From a bacterium (lineage in GTDB: Bacteria > UBA8248 > JACPRG01 > G963555815), in NCBI GenBank assembly GCA_965261595.1, contig CBDHDG010000005.1, forward strand, positions 160,001-224,000: a stretch of DNA of 64,000 nucleotides, in the 5' to 3' direction. Below the pieces are notes generated by a model. That model was not told where the DNA came from. It saw only the letters and a program-made list of their open reading frames with translations, and did no database searches. The position numbers were made by a program, and so were the translations under genes. Below are positions 48,478-58,018 of this stretch, piece after piece. Position 1 is the first letter of the stretch. Every line of letters begins with the position of its first letter.

Positions 48478-50211
48478 TTGAGCGTCATTCTGGCGAGGAC
48501 GGCGGGTTACTGCTGGGGCGTGAAGCGGGCCATCGACATCGCGATGGATATCGCCAAGGAAAATGAAGGGGAGGCCATCCTCACCCACGGTCCGCTGATT
48601 CACAACCCGCAGGCCGTCGACCTGCTCAAACAGAAAAAGGTTCGTCCCATCGAGGAGGACGAAGTCCCGAGCGGGGGGACGGTGGTCGTGCGCGCCCACG
48701 GCGTGAGCCCCGAGACCCGGGCGGAAATCAAGGGCTGGGGGGTCAAGTTGAAAGACGCGACCTGCCCCATCGTGGCGCACGTCCAGGGAAACATCAAAAA
48801 GCACGCCCACAAAGGCTATTCCACGGTCATCATCGGCGAGGAAGGCCACCCCGAAGTCATCGGCCTTTTGGGATTCACCGGGGGGCGGGGGCACGTGGTC
48901 AGGACGGTCGAAGAGGTCGAGGCCCTGCCCGCGCTGGAGAAGGTCAACGTCGTCGCCCAGACCACGACGAACACGCTCGAATACGACGCCCTCGTCGCCG
49001 CCCTGAGGCGGCGGTTTTCCGTCTGCGAGGTGACCAACACGATTTGTCATGACACCATCGACCGGCAGGACGAGATTGTCAGCCTGGCCCGGTCGGTGGA
49101 CGCCATGGTGGTCATCGGCGGACACAACAGCGGCAACACGCAGCGGCTGGCGGAGATCTCCAGGTCTTTCGGCAAGCCCACCTGGCATGTGGAAACCGAG
49201 GCCGAGCTCGACGTGGATGCCGTCAGCCGGCACGAAGACGTGGGCGTCATCGCTGGCGCCTCCACGCCCAGTTGGATGATCCAGCGCGTGATGGACGCCA
49301 TCCAAGACGCCAAGGGCGAGCGATCGGCCCTGGGGACCGGCTGGCAGCGCGTCGCGGGCTTTTTCCTGAAAACCAACGTTTATGTGGCGGCCGGCGCGGC
49401 GTTGATGACCCTGCTGGCCTCGATGCTTCAGGGAATCCGGCCGGCGACCTGGTACTTCCTCGTTCCGGCCCTTTACATCTTCGCGATGCACACCTTCAAT
49501 TACTGCCGGAACGTCGAATCCAGCCGATACAACGACCCGTCCCGGGCGCGGTTCTACGAGCGGTTCAGGCGCTGGATGTACGGAGCTGCCGGCTTGGCGC
49601 TGGTCGCGGCGCTCGGGGTGGTCGGCGCCCACTCGTTGTCGGCGTTCTTCATCCTTCTCGTCGCGAGCCTCGCGGGATCGGTCTATTGCCTTCACCTGGA
49701 GCCGACCCGCTTCAAGCGGCTCGACCTCTGGCTGCTCCCGGCCTCCAAGTGCATGATGACGCCGGCGGCCTGGGTGCTGGTGACGGTGGTCCTTCCCCTG
49801 TTTCTGACCCCGCTGGGGCCGGTGGGGGCCCTTTCGGCGGGAACCGCCGTCACCGGCCTCTGTGTGGCCATGCTGGTCTTTTCCGTCACGGCCATGGTGG
49901 ACCTGCGCGACATCCAGGGGGACCAGATCGTCGGCAAAGAGACGCTGCCCATGCTCATCACCACCTGGATGACCCGCAAGGCGATCTGGGCCGTTTCGGG
50001 GGGGATGTCCATCTTGTTGATCATGTCCGCTTGGATGGGCTGGGTCTCGCCGCTGGGTTATGCGCTGCTCCTCTCCCCCGTGTACACGGCCTGGGTCCTC
50101 CACTACACCCATCAGCGCAAGGTGATGAACCTCCTGGTCAGCCAAACCCTCATCGAAGGGTGTGTCGTTCTGCCGGGGATCATCGGGTTGGCGTTTTTCC
50201 TGCTTCGTTGA
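48478..50211 (+). CDS. ispH: IspH (HMBPP reductase) fused to a C-terminal UbiA-prenyltransferase-like membrane domain
   Basis: AGYCWGV, LIHN, RAHG, DATCP, HPE, QTT, NTIC, SGN, GASTP; then about 8 TMs with DLRDIQGDQIVGKETLP. Confidence 0.9.
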   Translation: MSVILARTAGYCWGVKRAIDIAMDIAKENEGEAILTHGPLIHNPQAVDLLKQKKVRPIEEDEVPSGGTVVVRAHGVSPETRAEIKGWGVKLKDATCPIVAHVQGNIKKHAHKGYSTVIIGEEGHPEVIGLLGFTGGRGHVVRTVEEVEALPALEKVNVVAQTTTNTLEYDALVAALRRRFSVCEVTNTICHDTIDRQDEIVSLARSVDAMVVIGGHNSGNTQRLAEISRSFGKPTWHVETEAELDVDAVSRHEDVGVIAGASTPSWMIQRVMDAIQDAKGERSALGTGWQRVAGFFLKTNVYVAAGAALMTLLASMLQGIRPATWYFLVPALYIFAMHTFNYCRNVESSRYNDPSRARFYERFRRWMYGAAGLALVAALGVVGAHSLSAFFILLVASLAGSVYCLHLEPTRFKRLDLWLLPASKCMMTPAAWVLVTVVLPLFLTPLGPVGALSAGTAVTGLCVAMLVFSVTAMVDLRDIQGDQIVGKETLPMLITTWMTRKAIWAVSGGMSILLIMSAWMGWVSPLGYALLLSPVYTAWVLHYTHQRKVMNLLVSQTLIEGCVVLPGIIGLAFFLLR

Positions 50212-50270
50212 GGGACCGGACGCCGGGGGGGCGCGCGGCGGCCCTCCGCCCGGATGAGGAGGAAGTCCCG

Positions 50271-51152
50271 TTGCCCCTTCTTCGGACCCTTCTGTTCGTC
50301 CCGGCGACGAATCCCGGCCGGATCCCCAAAGCCCTCGCGTCCGGCGCGGACGCGGTGATCGTCGACCTGGAGGACGCCGTCTCCTTTGAGCGGAAGGCCG
50401 AGGCCCGGGATTCGGTGGCGCGTTTTCTGGAAGAGAACCCGGACCGCCGGGGCCCGCCCCTGTATGTCCGGGTGAACGGCCCGGGGACGCCGTGGATGGA
50501 CGAAGACGTCGAAGGGGTCGTGCGTCCCGGACTTTCAGGGATCTTTCTTCCCAAGTCTCAACGCCCGGAGGAGGTTTCCGCCTTGGGGGATCGGGTCGGG
50601 GCCCTGTCGAAGAAGAGAACCTGTGAGGCGCCCCGGCTCGTGCCGATTGTCGAGACCGCTTTGGGTCTTCTCCATGCTTTCGAGATCGCTTCGGCGGATT
50701 CCGGGTGCGCGGCGCTGGCCTTGGGCGGGGAGGATTTCGCTCGGGACATCGGCGCGGTGCGAACCCCGTCGGGCGAGGAGATTGCCTTGGCCCGGATGCG
50801 GGTTGTCCTGGGGGCGAGGGCCGCGGGCGTCCTCCCGATCGATACGGTGTACACGGATTTCCGGGATGAAGCGGGTTTGTCGCGCGATGCCGAGCGCGCG
50901 CGCCGGCTCGGGTTCGCCGGCAAGCTGGTGATCCATCCCTGCCAGGTCGGGACGGTCAACCGGGCGTTTTCGCCGAGCCCCATCGAGATCCGGCGGGCGC
51001 GGGAGGTGGTTGCGGCCTTCGAGGCCGCCCGGGAAAGGGGCGAGGCCGTGGCCCAGCTGGACGGAAGGATGTTGGACCCGGCCGTCGTGGATCAGGCCCG
51101 CCGGGTCGTTGAGCTGGCGGAAGAGCAATCCCGGGTGGAGGCGTTGTCTTGA
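50271..51152 (+). CDS. citE: CitE-like CoA-ester lyase (HpcH/HpaI family)
   Basis: RTLLFVP, DLEDAV, VRVN, LPK, VET, GGEDF, GKLVIHP. Confidence 0.9.
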   Translation: MPLLRTLLFVPATNPGRIPKALASGADAVIVDLEDAVSFERKAEARDSVARFLEENPDRRGPPLYVRVNGPGTPWMDEDVEGVVRPGLSGIFLPKSQRPEEVSALGDRVGALSKKRTCEAPRLVPIVETALGLLHAFEIASADSGCAALALGGEDFARDIGAVRTPSGEEIALARMRVVLGARAAGVLPIDTVYTDFRDEAGLSRDAERARRLGFAGKLVIHPCQVGTVNRAFSPSPIEIRRAREVVAAFEAARERGEAVAQLDGRMLDPAVVDQARRVVELAEEQSRVEALS

Positions 51153-52060
51153 ATATTCAGAAACGGCCCCGGACCCTCCGGCCGGTTCTCCTGCTGGCCG
51201 TGCTCTGCTGGGGAGTCTCGGGGGAGGCCATCGCCCAGAACAAACCGGCGCTCATCGCGCCCCCGCTCGACAGTGTTTTGAAGCGCTTTTCCCGCCGGAT
51301 CGACCCCGCCCTGAAAAAGGTCATCGAGGAGCGCCGCCGCCAGCTCATGAAGATGGGGTGGCTGGAGTTCTGGGAGAGGGAGCAGGACGTCTGGGAACGC
51401 ATCGTGCGGCATCGAGCGGAAGAGGAATCCATCGATAAGCGGCTGTTTTCGCTGGAAAGGGAGAAGGGGAAAGTCCTCGGCCGGCTGCGCAGGCTTTACC
51501 GCGAGAAGAGCCCGCTCTCCAAGAGAATGAACGACCTATTGGTCCTTCGGAATCTTTCCCATTCCATCCTGCCGCTCGCCGCGAAGCGGTCCAAGGCCTC
51601 CGGGGAGATCAGGACCTTGTTGCAGGAATGGATGCTCTTTCAGGACCTGGCCCAGGATCTTGTCCGAAGAGAATCCGGACGCGGCCAACAGGAGCTCGCC
51701 GCCGGGATCATCGGCCGCTTCCTCGGTGCATTCCTGAAGGGGAACACCAAAGACATCTCCCGGCTCATGCTCCGGGGCGTCCGTGTCAACGGCCACTTCG
51801 ACCGGCGGGCTTATCTCAGGCATCTACAGAACTATTTCGGGCGCGTTCGCGTGACGTCCTACAGGGTCAAGGACCGGGACTTCCGCGAGGTGAACCCGTT
51901 CACCCTTCGGGTCCGGGGGAAGTACGAGATAGAGGAAACTGAAATCGTCAAGGAGAAGGGAAAGAAGCCCCGGCAAAGAGGGCGAACCGGGAAGGTCTCC
52001 TTCACCCTGAGGGAGATTGGCGGAAATTGGTTGATCTCGAAGATGAGCGTGCCCGAATGA
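51149..52060 (+). CDS. Hypothetical exported protein (coiled coil plus NTF2-like C-terminus)
   Basis: Signal peptide ending AIA; C-terminal FTLREIGGNWLISKM. Confidence 0.6.
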   Translation: MNIQKRPRTLRPVLLLAVLCWGVSGEAIAQNKPALIAPPLDSVLKRFSRRIDPALKKVIEERRRQLMKMGWLEFWEREQDVWERIVRHRAEEESIDKRLFSLEREKGKVLGRLRRLYREKSPLSKRMNDLLVLRNLSHSILPLAAKRSKASGEIRTLLQEWMLFQDLAQDLVRRESGRGQQELAAGIIGRFLGAFLKGNTKDISRLMLRGVRVNGHFDRRAYLRHLQNYFGRVRVTSYRVKDRDFREVNPFTLRVRGKYEIEETEIVKEKGKKPRQRGRTGKVSFTLREIGGNWLISKMSVPE

Positions 52061-52142
52061 TCCCCGGCCGGGGTTCCGTTTCCGGAACCCGAGAGACCCC
52101 CCGTTTGAATCCCCCCTCCCCCCCGCCGCGAAGGAGGCCGAC

Positions 52143-52880
52143 ATGCTTATCGCAGGATGGGTGATTTGGCTTGCGGGGGCGGTCTGGTACTTTTTCGAGC
52201 TTCGGCGGGGGATCTACCGGCTTCACCCGGTCTGGACGTACCTCTTGATGGCCGCCGGCCTGGGGTTCGGCGGCGCGGCGGTCGTTGTCGCACCGGGGAT
52301 TCAACGCTGGGTCTCATGGGGCGCGATGGCGGCCCTCACGGGCGTTTTCCTCTACTGGATGTTGGTTTACTCCGTCACTCCGGGGCGGCTTCGCGTGCGG
52401 CCGGGGGAGGCGATGCCGGATTTCGAGGTGCAGGACTCGAAAGGGGAGGCGTTTCGGCCCCGCGATTTGGCGGGGCGCCGGGCGGGGCTGTATGTGTTTT
52501 ACCGGGGCGGATGGTGAACGGTGTGCATCGTGGAGCTGGCTCAGCTCCAGCGTCGGGCATCGGATTTCGAGGAGGCGGGCGTTGAGGTTCTCCCCGTCAG
52601 CGCCGACCGGCCCGAGGAGTCCGAGAAGGTCCGCCGGAAGCTCGGGACGGAATTCAGATTTCTTTGCGACGTGGAAGCCCGCGCGGCCGAGCGCGTCGGG
52701 CTGCTTCACCTCAAGGGGCGCCCGTCGGAGAAGCGGGACATCGCCACGCCCGGCGTGATCCTCGTCGATGCGGACGGGATCGTCCGCTGGGTCTTCAAGC
52801 CGAGGAACTACCGCATGCGGGCCGACCTGAACACCGTTATCGAGATCGCCCGGTCGTTGCCGGAGTCCCCGAAAGGGTAA
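52143..52880 (+). CDS. Membrane-anchored AhpC/TSA (peroxiredoxin-like) selenoprotein, Sec at TGA 52515-52517
   Basis: ORFs 52143..52517 and 52521..52880 are in frame and read FYRGGW-U-TVC; hairpin directly downstream of the TGA. Confidence 0.85.
52531..52549 (+). promoter_or_regulatory. Bacterial SECIS-like stem-loop
   Basis: TGGAGCTG-GCT-CAGCTCCA: perfect 8-bp stem, loop starts with G, 21 nt after the UGA. Confidence 0.7.
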
Positions 52881-52883
52881 CAC

Positions 52884-53642
52884 TCAGGCGCCCGGCCGGG
52901 CGCCATCCGGCGCACCCGTCTCGTATTCCCACCCCCCGCTTTTCCTTCTTTTCCTGAACCCGATGTCCGTCATCTCCCGGGCGGTGATCCCGTCGAAGAC
53001 CGGCCCGTCCGTGCAGACGCGGTAGCCGTTGCACGTGCATTGCCCGCAAAGGCCGACGGCGCACTTCATGTACCGCTCCAGTGAGAAATACGCCTGGTCC
53101 GGAGGAAGCAGCGGCTTGAGGGCCGCCATCATCTTGTCGGGTCCGCAGACGCAGTAGTAGCTCCCCGCCCGCGGCAACAGGTCCGTGATGAGACCCCGCG
53201 TCCCCAGCGAGCCGTCCTCCGTCGCCAGGTGGACCGTTCCCGCCCGCTCGAACTCATCCAGAAAGAGGATGTCATGGGCCGTGCGTCCGCCGAGGAGGAT
53301 GGTCGGGCGGTCGGCCCGTTTGGCCAGGATCAGAAGCGCGGCGATGCCGACCCCTCCCCCCAGAAGGACCGCCCCATCGCCGACGGGAAAGCTCGTCCCG
53401 TATGGTCCCCGCAGCCAGACGGAATCGCCGGCCTTCAGGCCGATCAGGCCTTCGCTGTACCAGCCGAGGTTCTTGACGGTGAAAGCGTTCTCGTAGGAGA
53501 GAGAGAAAGGTTTTTCGCTCTCTCCGGGGACCCAGGCCATGACAAACTGGCCGGGCCGGACATCGAAGGCGCGATCCAGGAACAGGGTGTGATTGTTTCC
53601 GCCGTCGTTCCGGTTTTCCGTGACCTTGCAGTGGACGTGCAT
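52884..53642 (-). CDS. pyrK: Dihydroorotate dehydrogenase electron-transfer subunit
   Basis: PGQFVM, RGPYG, GGGVG, CGP, LERYMKCAVGLCGQC, CTDGPVF. Confidence 0.93.
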   Translation of the reverse strand: MHVHCKVTENRNDGGNNHTLFLDRAFDVRPGQFVMAWVPGESEKPFSLSYENAFTVKNLGWYSEGLIGLKAGDSVWLRGPYGTSFPVGDGAVLLGGGVGIAALLILAKRADRPTILLGGRTAHDILFLDEFERAGTVHLATEDGSLGTRGLITDLLPRAGSYYCVCGPDKMMAALKPLLPPDQAYFSLERYMKCAVGLCGQCTCNGYRVCTDGPVFDGITAREMTDIGFRKRRKSGGWEYETGAPDGARPGA

Positions 53643-53693
53643 CGAATTTTCCCAATCGTGATGAAACAGGTGGGGCGGGCGTCCCGCCGGCCT

Positions 53694-54602
53694 TCAACCC
53701 CTTTGGGCGGCGCCCACGATCGATTCCAGCGGCTCGCCCTTCAGATAATCCCGGACGCCTTTCCACAGCGCGGCCGTATCCCGGACGATGTCGGCCGTGT
53801 TTCGGTGGGCGAAGAACGTCCCCAGGCCGATGACGCTTGCCCCGGCCAGGAAGTATTCCACCGCGTCCTCCCAATCCCCGATTCCCCCGTACGCCACAAT
53901 GGGACATCCGAGGGCGGCATAGGCGTCGTAGACCATCTTGAGATTGATGGGCTTGAGGGCCGGTCCGGAGACCCCGCCGGATCCGCCCGCGAGGACCGGC
54001 GTCCGGGCGTGGAGGTCGATGGCGATGCCGGGCATCGTGTTGCCGCAGCCCAGGTAGTCGGCCCCCGCCTCGATGCAGGCCCGGCCGACCTCGACGTACA
54101 CGGTATTGGGGGAGAGCTTGGCGATGACGGGTTTGTCCGTGGCGTCCTTGGCGGCGCGGACCACCCGGGCGGCGGCCTCGGGGTGTTGTCCGACGATGGC
54201 GTTGACGCTTTCCTCGCCCGGCACCAGGTTCGGACAGCTCAGGTTCAGCTCGAACCCCCCGGCGTAGGGATCGGTCATGCCCACGATTCGGCTCACCCCC
54301 TCGGGACTGACGCCGTTGACCGAGATGATGAGTTTCGACCGGACCAGGCGGGTTTCCCGAAGCTCTTCGAGCCATTCCTCCGGCGTCTGGGAGGGGAGGG
54401 CCAGGGAGTTCAGCTTGGGAAGATCATCCGGGCCGGACTCGACGAGGATGGGGTTCTCGTTCCCCAGGCGCTCTTCGGGGGAGATGGACTTGGTGATGTA
54501 ACCCCCGATGGACGCTCCTTTGCGGTCCAGGAGCTGGAAAATGTCCAGGAAGCTGAGAATTCCGCTCCCGTTGACGATGGGGGGATCGAGGTCCAGGTGC
54601 AT
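53694..54602 (-). CDS. pyrD: Dihydroorotate dehydrogenase family 1B catalytic subunit
   Basis: ITKS, ELNLSCPN, AKLSPN, GGVSGPALKP, GGI. Start uncertain. Confidence 0.92.
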   Translation of the reverse strand: MHLDLDPPIVNGSGILSFLDIFQLLDRKGASIGGYITKSISPEERLGNENPILVESGPDDLPKLNSLALPSQTPEEWLEELRETRLVRSKLIISVNGVSPEGVSRIVGMTDPYAGGFELNLSCPNLVPGEESVNAIVGQHPEAAARVVRAAKDATDKPVIAKLSPNTVYVEVGRACIEAGADYLGCGNTMPGIAIDLHARTPVLAGGSGGVSGPALKPINLKMVYDAYAALGCPIVAYGGIGDWEDAVEYFLAGASVIGLGTFFAHRNTADIVRDTAALWKGVRDYLKGEPLESIVGAAQRG

Positions 54603-54911
54603 GCGCGTCTCGCGTTGAGGAGCGGGGGAGGCGCCGATGGAGCGGATTTCCGGCTGAAATCCTTTCATACCACGAAGCGGCCGGGTGGCATAGACGGGGC
54701 ATGCCGATTGCACTCTTCCTGTGGGGGTGTTGGGGGGGAGAGGGAGAGGGGGAGAGAGGGACAACGACCCGGAAGCCCCCCCTCCGAACGTGGCTCCCCA
54801 AGGGCGGCGGCGCGCCCTGTCCGAATGTTCTTGCAATGCGGCCAGCATCATATAATGTTGAATGGAGCGCAAAACACTTGGAATTGAACCGGTGGGAGAT
54901 GAGGATTCCGG

Positions 54912-55718
54912 ATGAGCGCGCCGTTCATCATCAAGACGCTTTTTGTCTCGCTGGCCTTGATGGGATACTTCACCGGCGCGGTGGGGCACGTCTACTATTT
55001 TCTCTATCGCCGGAGCCGGATTCTCTGGGTGGCGACGATTGGCGTGGTCATCGGATTCGCCGCTCACACCGCCGCCCTGATTTCGCGGTTCGCGGATCTG
55101 GGGACGATTCCGGTCACACAGCTTTTCGACTTCCTGATGGTGTTCGGGTGGGCGGTGGTCCTGGCCTACGGCGCGGCGCAGTTGCGGTTGAAGATGGCCC
55201 ATTTGGGGTTGTTCGTGGTTCCGGTGGTCTTCCTGGTTCTGGCGGCGGCCTTCCTTCAGCCCCGGACCGGGGTGGCCGATCCGCCCCCCTTTGACAGCGT
55301 TTGGCTGACGATCCACGTCGTCATGGCTTTCCTCGGGGCGGCCGTTTATGTGTTGTTGTTCGGCATGGGCATCATGTACATGATCCAGGAGCGTCAGGTG
55401 AAGAAAAAGACGTTTGGAACGTGGTTCTACCGCCTTCCGTCCCTGGAGGTCCTGGACGGGGGAAGTTTCCTGGCCCTGGCGCTGGGTTTCCCGATGATCA
55501 CGCTGGGTCTCATCTCGGGCTCGGTCTGGGCGGCCTATGCCCGGGGGTCCTACTGGAGCTGGAATCTGGAGCGAACCCTGCCGCTGGTGGTCATTTGGGG
55601 GGCCTACGGCCTGCTCTTGTTCGGCCGGGTGGCGGCCGGGTGGCGCGGCCGCCGGGTGGCGATTTCTTCGGTCATCGGATTTGTCGGCGTGCTCATCTCT
55701 TACATCCTGCATTTGTGA
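54912..55718 (+). CDS. ccsA: CcsA-like cytochrome c assembly membrane protein
   Basis: WLTIHV, RLPSLEVLD, SGSVWA...YWSW, GWRGRR. Confidence 0.85.
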   Translation: MSAPFIIKTLFVSLALMGYFTGAVGHVYYFLYRRSRILWVATIGVVIGFAAHTAALISRFADLGTIPVTQLFDFLMVFGWAVVLAYGAAQLRLKMAHLGLFVVPVVFLVLAAAFLQPRTGVADPPPFDSVWLTIHVVMAFLGAAVYVLLFGMGIMYMIQERQVKKKTFGTWFYRLPSLEVLDGGSFLALALGFPMITLGLISGSVWAAYARGSYWSWNLERTLPLVVIWGAYGLLLFGRVAAGWRGRRVAISSVIGFVGVLISYILHL

Positions 55719-55725
55719 GTCTGTG

Positions 55726-56991
55726 ATGGACCTCCTGGTCACCGGAATCAGTCATAAGCGGACCCCGATGGAGATCCGTGAGCGGGTCTACTTCGATGAA
55801 AGCGACCTGCGAACGCCGGTTTTGGAATTGAAGGCCCGCAAGGAGATCGAGGAAGCCGTCCTCGTTTCCACGTGCAACCGGATGGAAGTGTACGCCCGGA
55901 CAGACGACTTCGACCAGGCGGTCTCGTCTATCCAGGAGTTCATCGGTCAGTTCCATGAAGTTCCCCAGGCGATCCTGAAAGAGCACGGTTACGCCATGAA
56001 AACCAAGGAGGCCGTTCGACACGCCTTCCGCGTATCGTCGGCCCTGGACTCGATGGTGGTGGGCGAGCCCCAGATCCTGGGGCAGGTGAAAGAGTCCTAC
56101 CGGATCGCCCAGGAGGCGGGGTCCACGGGAATCTATTTGAACCATTTGTTCGAGAGAAGCTTCGCCGTGGCCAAGCGGGTGCGGACCGAGACGCGGATCG
56201 GGGAGAACGCCGTCTCGGTCAGCTATGCGGCCGTCGAGCTGGCCCGGAAGATTTTCGGAGACCTCGATGCACAGCGCGTGATGCTCGTGGGGGCCGGGGA
56301 GATGGCCGAGCTGGCGACCCAGCACCTGGTTCAACTGGGGGCGCGCGGCGTGGTGGTGGCCAACCGATCCATCGAGCGCGCGGAGGCGCTGGCCGATCGG
56401 TTCGGCGGGCGCGCGGTGGATATCAATCATGTCGAGGCCGAGTTGGTCGTCGCGGATATTGTGCTGTGCTCGACCGGCGCGCCGCACGCCGTGATCCACC
56501 GGGAAACCGTCCAGCGGGTCATCCGGCGCCGCCGGAACCGGCCCATGTTTTTTATCGATATCGCCATCCCCCGGGACGTCGAGCCGGGCGTTCAGGACAT
56601 CGGCAACGTGTACCTGTACAACATCGACGACCTGGAGCACGTGGTCACCGCCAACATCCAGGAGCGCGAGCGCGAGGCCGCGCGGGCCGAGGTGCTGATC
56701 GATGAGGAATCCGCCGCCTTTCTGCGGTGGATGGAGACACTGGAAGTGGTTCCGACCATCGTCTCGCTGCGCGAGCGGGCCGAGGCGGTGCGCCTCCAGG
56801 AGGTGGCGGACCTCCGGTCGAGGCTGAAGGGCCTGAGTCCGGAGGCTGAGGAGGCGGTGAACGCCCTGACGGCTTCTCTGGTGAACAAGCTTCTTCATTC
56901 CCCCATCACCGAGATCAAGCGCCGCGCCGCCGGCGACGACGCCCCCACCTTCCTCCGCGTCACCCGAAGCCTGTTCGGTCTCGATGACTGA
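55726..56991 (+). CDS. hemA: Glutamyl-tRNA reductase
   Basis: STCNRME, LDSMVVGEPQILGQVK, GAGEM, DIAIPRD. Confidence 0.97.
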   Translation: MDLLVTGISHKRTPMEIRERVYFDESDLRTPVLELKARKEIEEAVLVSTCNRMEVYARTDDFDQAVSSIQEFIGQFHEVPQAILKEHGYAMKTKEAVRHAFRVSSALDSMVVGEPQILGQVKESYRIAQEAGSTGIYLNHLFERSFAVAKRVRTETRIGENAVSVSYAAVELARKIFGDLDAQRVMLVGAGEMAELATQHLVQLGARGVVVANRSIERAEALADRFGGRAVDINHVEAELVVADIVLCSTGAPHAVIHRETVQRVIRRRRNRPMFFIDIAIPRDVEPGVQDIGNVYLYNIDDLEHVVTANIQEREREAARAEVLIDEESAAFLRWMETLEVVPTIVSLRERAEAVRLQEVADLRSRLKGLSPEAEEAVNALTASLVNKLLHSPITEIKRRAAGDDAPTFLRVTRSLFGLDD

Positions 56992-58000
56992 TCCCCGACA
57001 CCTTGGAGTCGAAAATCCCGCCGGGCCTTCCGGTTCGCCTGAATCCCCCTCCCCCCTCCCCCTCGATTGCTTCCGGACGGACGGGAAACCCCTTCGCGTC
57101 GGGTCGCGCGGCAGCGCCTTGGCCTGGTGTCAGGCGGAAGGGGTCCGCGACGCCCTCCAGGCGCTCGGCGTCGGCGTCGAGCTGGTCGAGATCCGCACCG
57201 AAGGGGACCGGATTCTGGATCAGCCCCTCACGGCCATCGGCGGGAAGGGCGTTTTCACCAAAGAAATCGAAGACGCCCTCCTGGACGGGCGGATTGACCT
57301 GGCCGTCCACAGCCTCAAGGACCTGCCGACGGAGTTTCCGCCGGGTCTCTCGCTGGCGTCGGTTCCGCGGCGGGAAGACCCCCGGGACATCTTCATCGCC
57401 AAAGACAGCGCGACGAAACTCGCCGACCTCCCCCCCGGCGGACGGGTCGGCACCGGCAGCCTGAGACGGCGGGCCCAGCTCCGCGCCTTCCGGCCCGACC
57501 TGGAAATGGTGGACATCCGGGGAAACCTGGACACGCGCTTGCGCAAGCTCGATTCGGGCGAGATGGACGGCATTGTCCTGGCGGCGGCGGGTTTCTCCCG
57601 GCTGGGTTGGAAAGACCGGATCACCGAGCTTCTGTCCACCGGGGTGTGCCTGCCGGCGGTGGGGCAGGGGGCGCTCGGTCTGGAATGCCGGACCGAAGAT
57701 CGCGACACCCTCTCCCGCGTGTCCGGGTTGGATCACCCGGAAACGAATCGCGCCGTGCGGGCGGAGCGCGCCCTTCTCCGGCGTCTGGAAGGAGGGTGTC
57801 AGGTCCCCGTGGGCGCCCTGGCGCGGATTCGCGGCGCGGCAATCGACCTCGAGGCCGTCATCGCCTCGCTGGATGGGAAAGAGACCGTTCGGGGCGAGGC
57901 GTCCGGAGAAGACCCGGAGGCGCTGGGGGTCCGCCTGGCGGAAGACCTGTTGAACCGCGGCGGCGAAGACATCCTTCAGGACATCCGTCCGGAGGCCTAA
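56984..58000 (+). CDS. hemC: Hydroxymethylbilane synthase
   Basis: GSRGSALA, GKGVFTKE, VHSLKD, RGNLDTRL, LEGGCQVP. Confidence 0.97.
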   Translation: MTDPRHLGVENPAGPSGSPESPSPLPLDCFRTDGKPLRVGSRGSALAWCQAEGVRDALQALGVGVELVEIRTEGDRILDQPLTAIGGKGVFTKEIEDALLDGRIDLAVHSLKDLPTEFPPGLSLASVPRREDPRDIFIAKDSATKLADLPPGGRVGTGSLRRRAQLRAFRPDLEMVDIRGNLDTRLRKLDSGEMDGIVLAAAGFSRLGWKDRITELLSTGVCLPAVGQGALGLECRTEDRDTLSRVSGLDHPETNRAVRAERALLRRLEGGCQVPVGALARIRGAAIDLEAVIASLDGKETVRGEASGEDPEALGVRLAEDLLNRGGEDILQDIRPEA

Positions 58001-58018
58001 GCCGCAAGGAATCGTCTT

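Noticed and set aside
49272..55742. Apparent long N-terminal extensions of CitE (626 aa) and PyrD (682 aa) in the ORF track
   Set aside because: They overlap ispH and ccsA; downstream starts give normal-length proteins.
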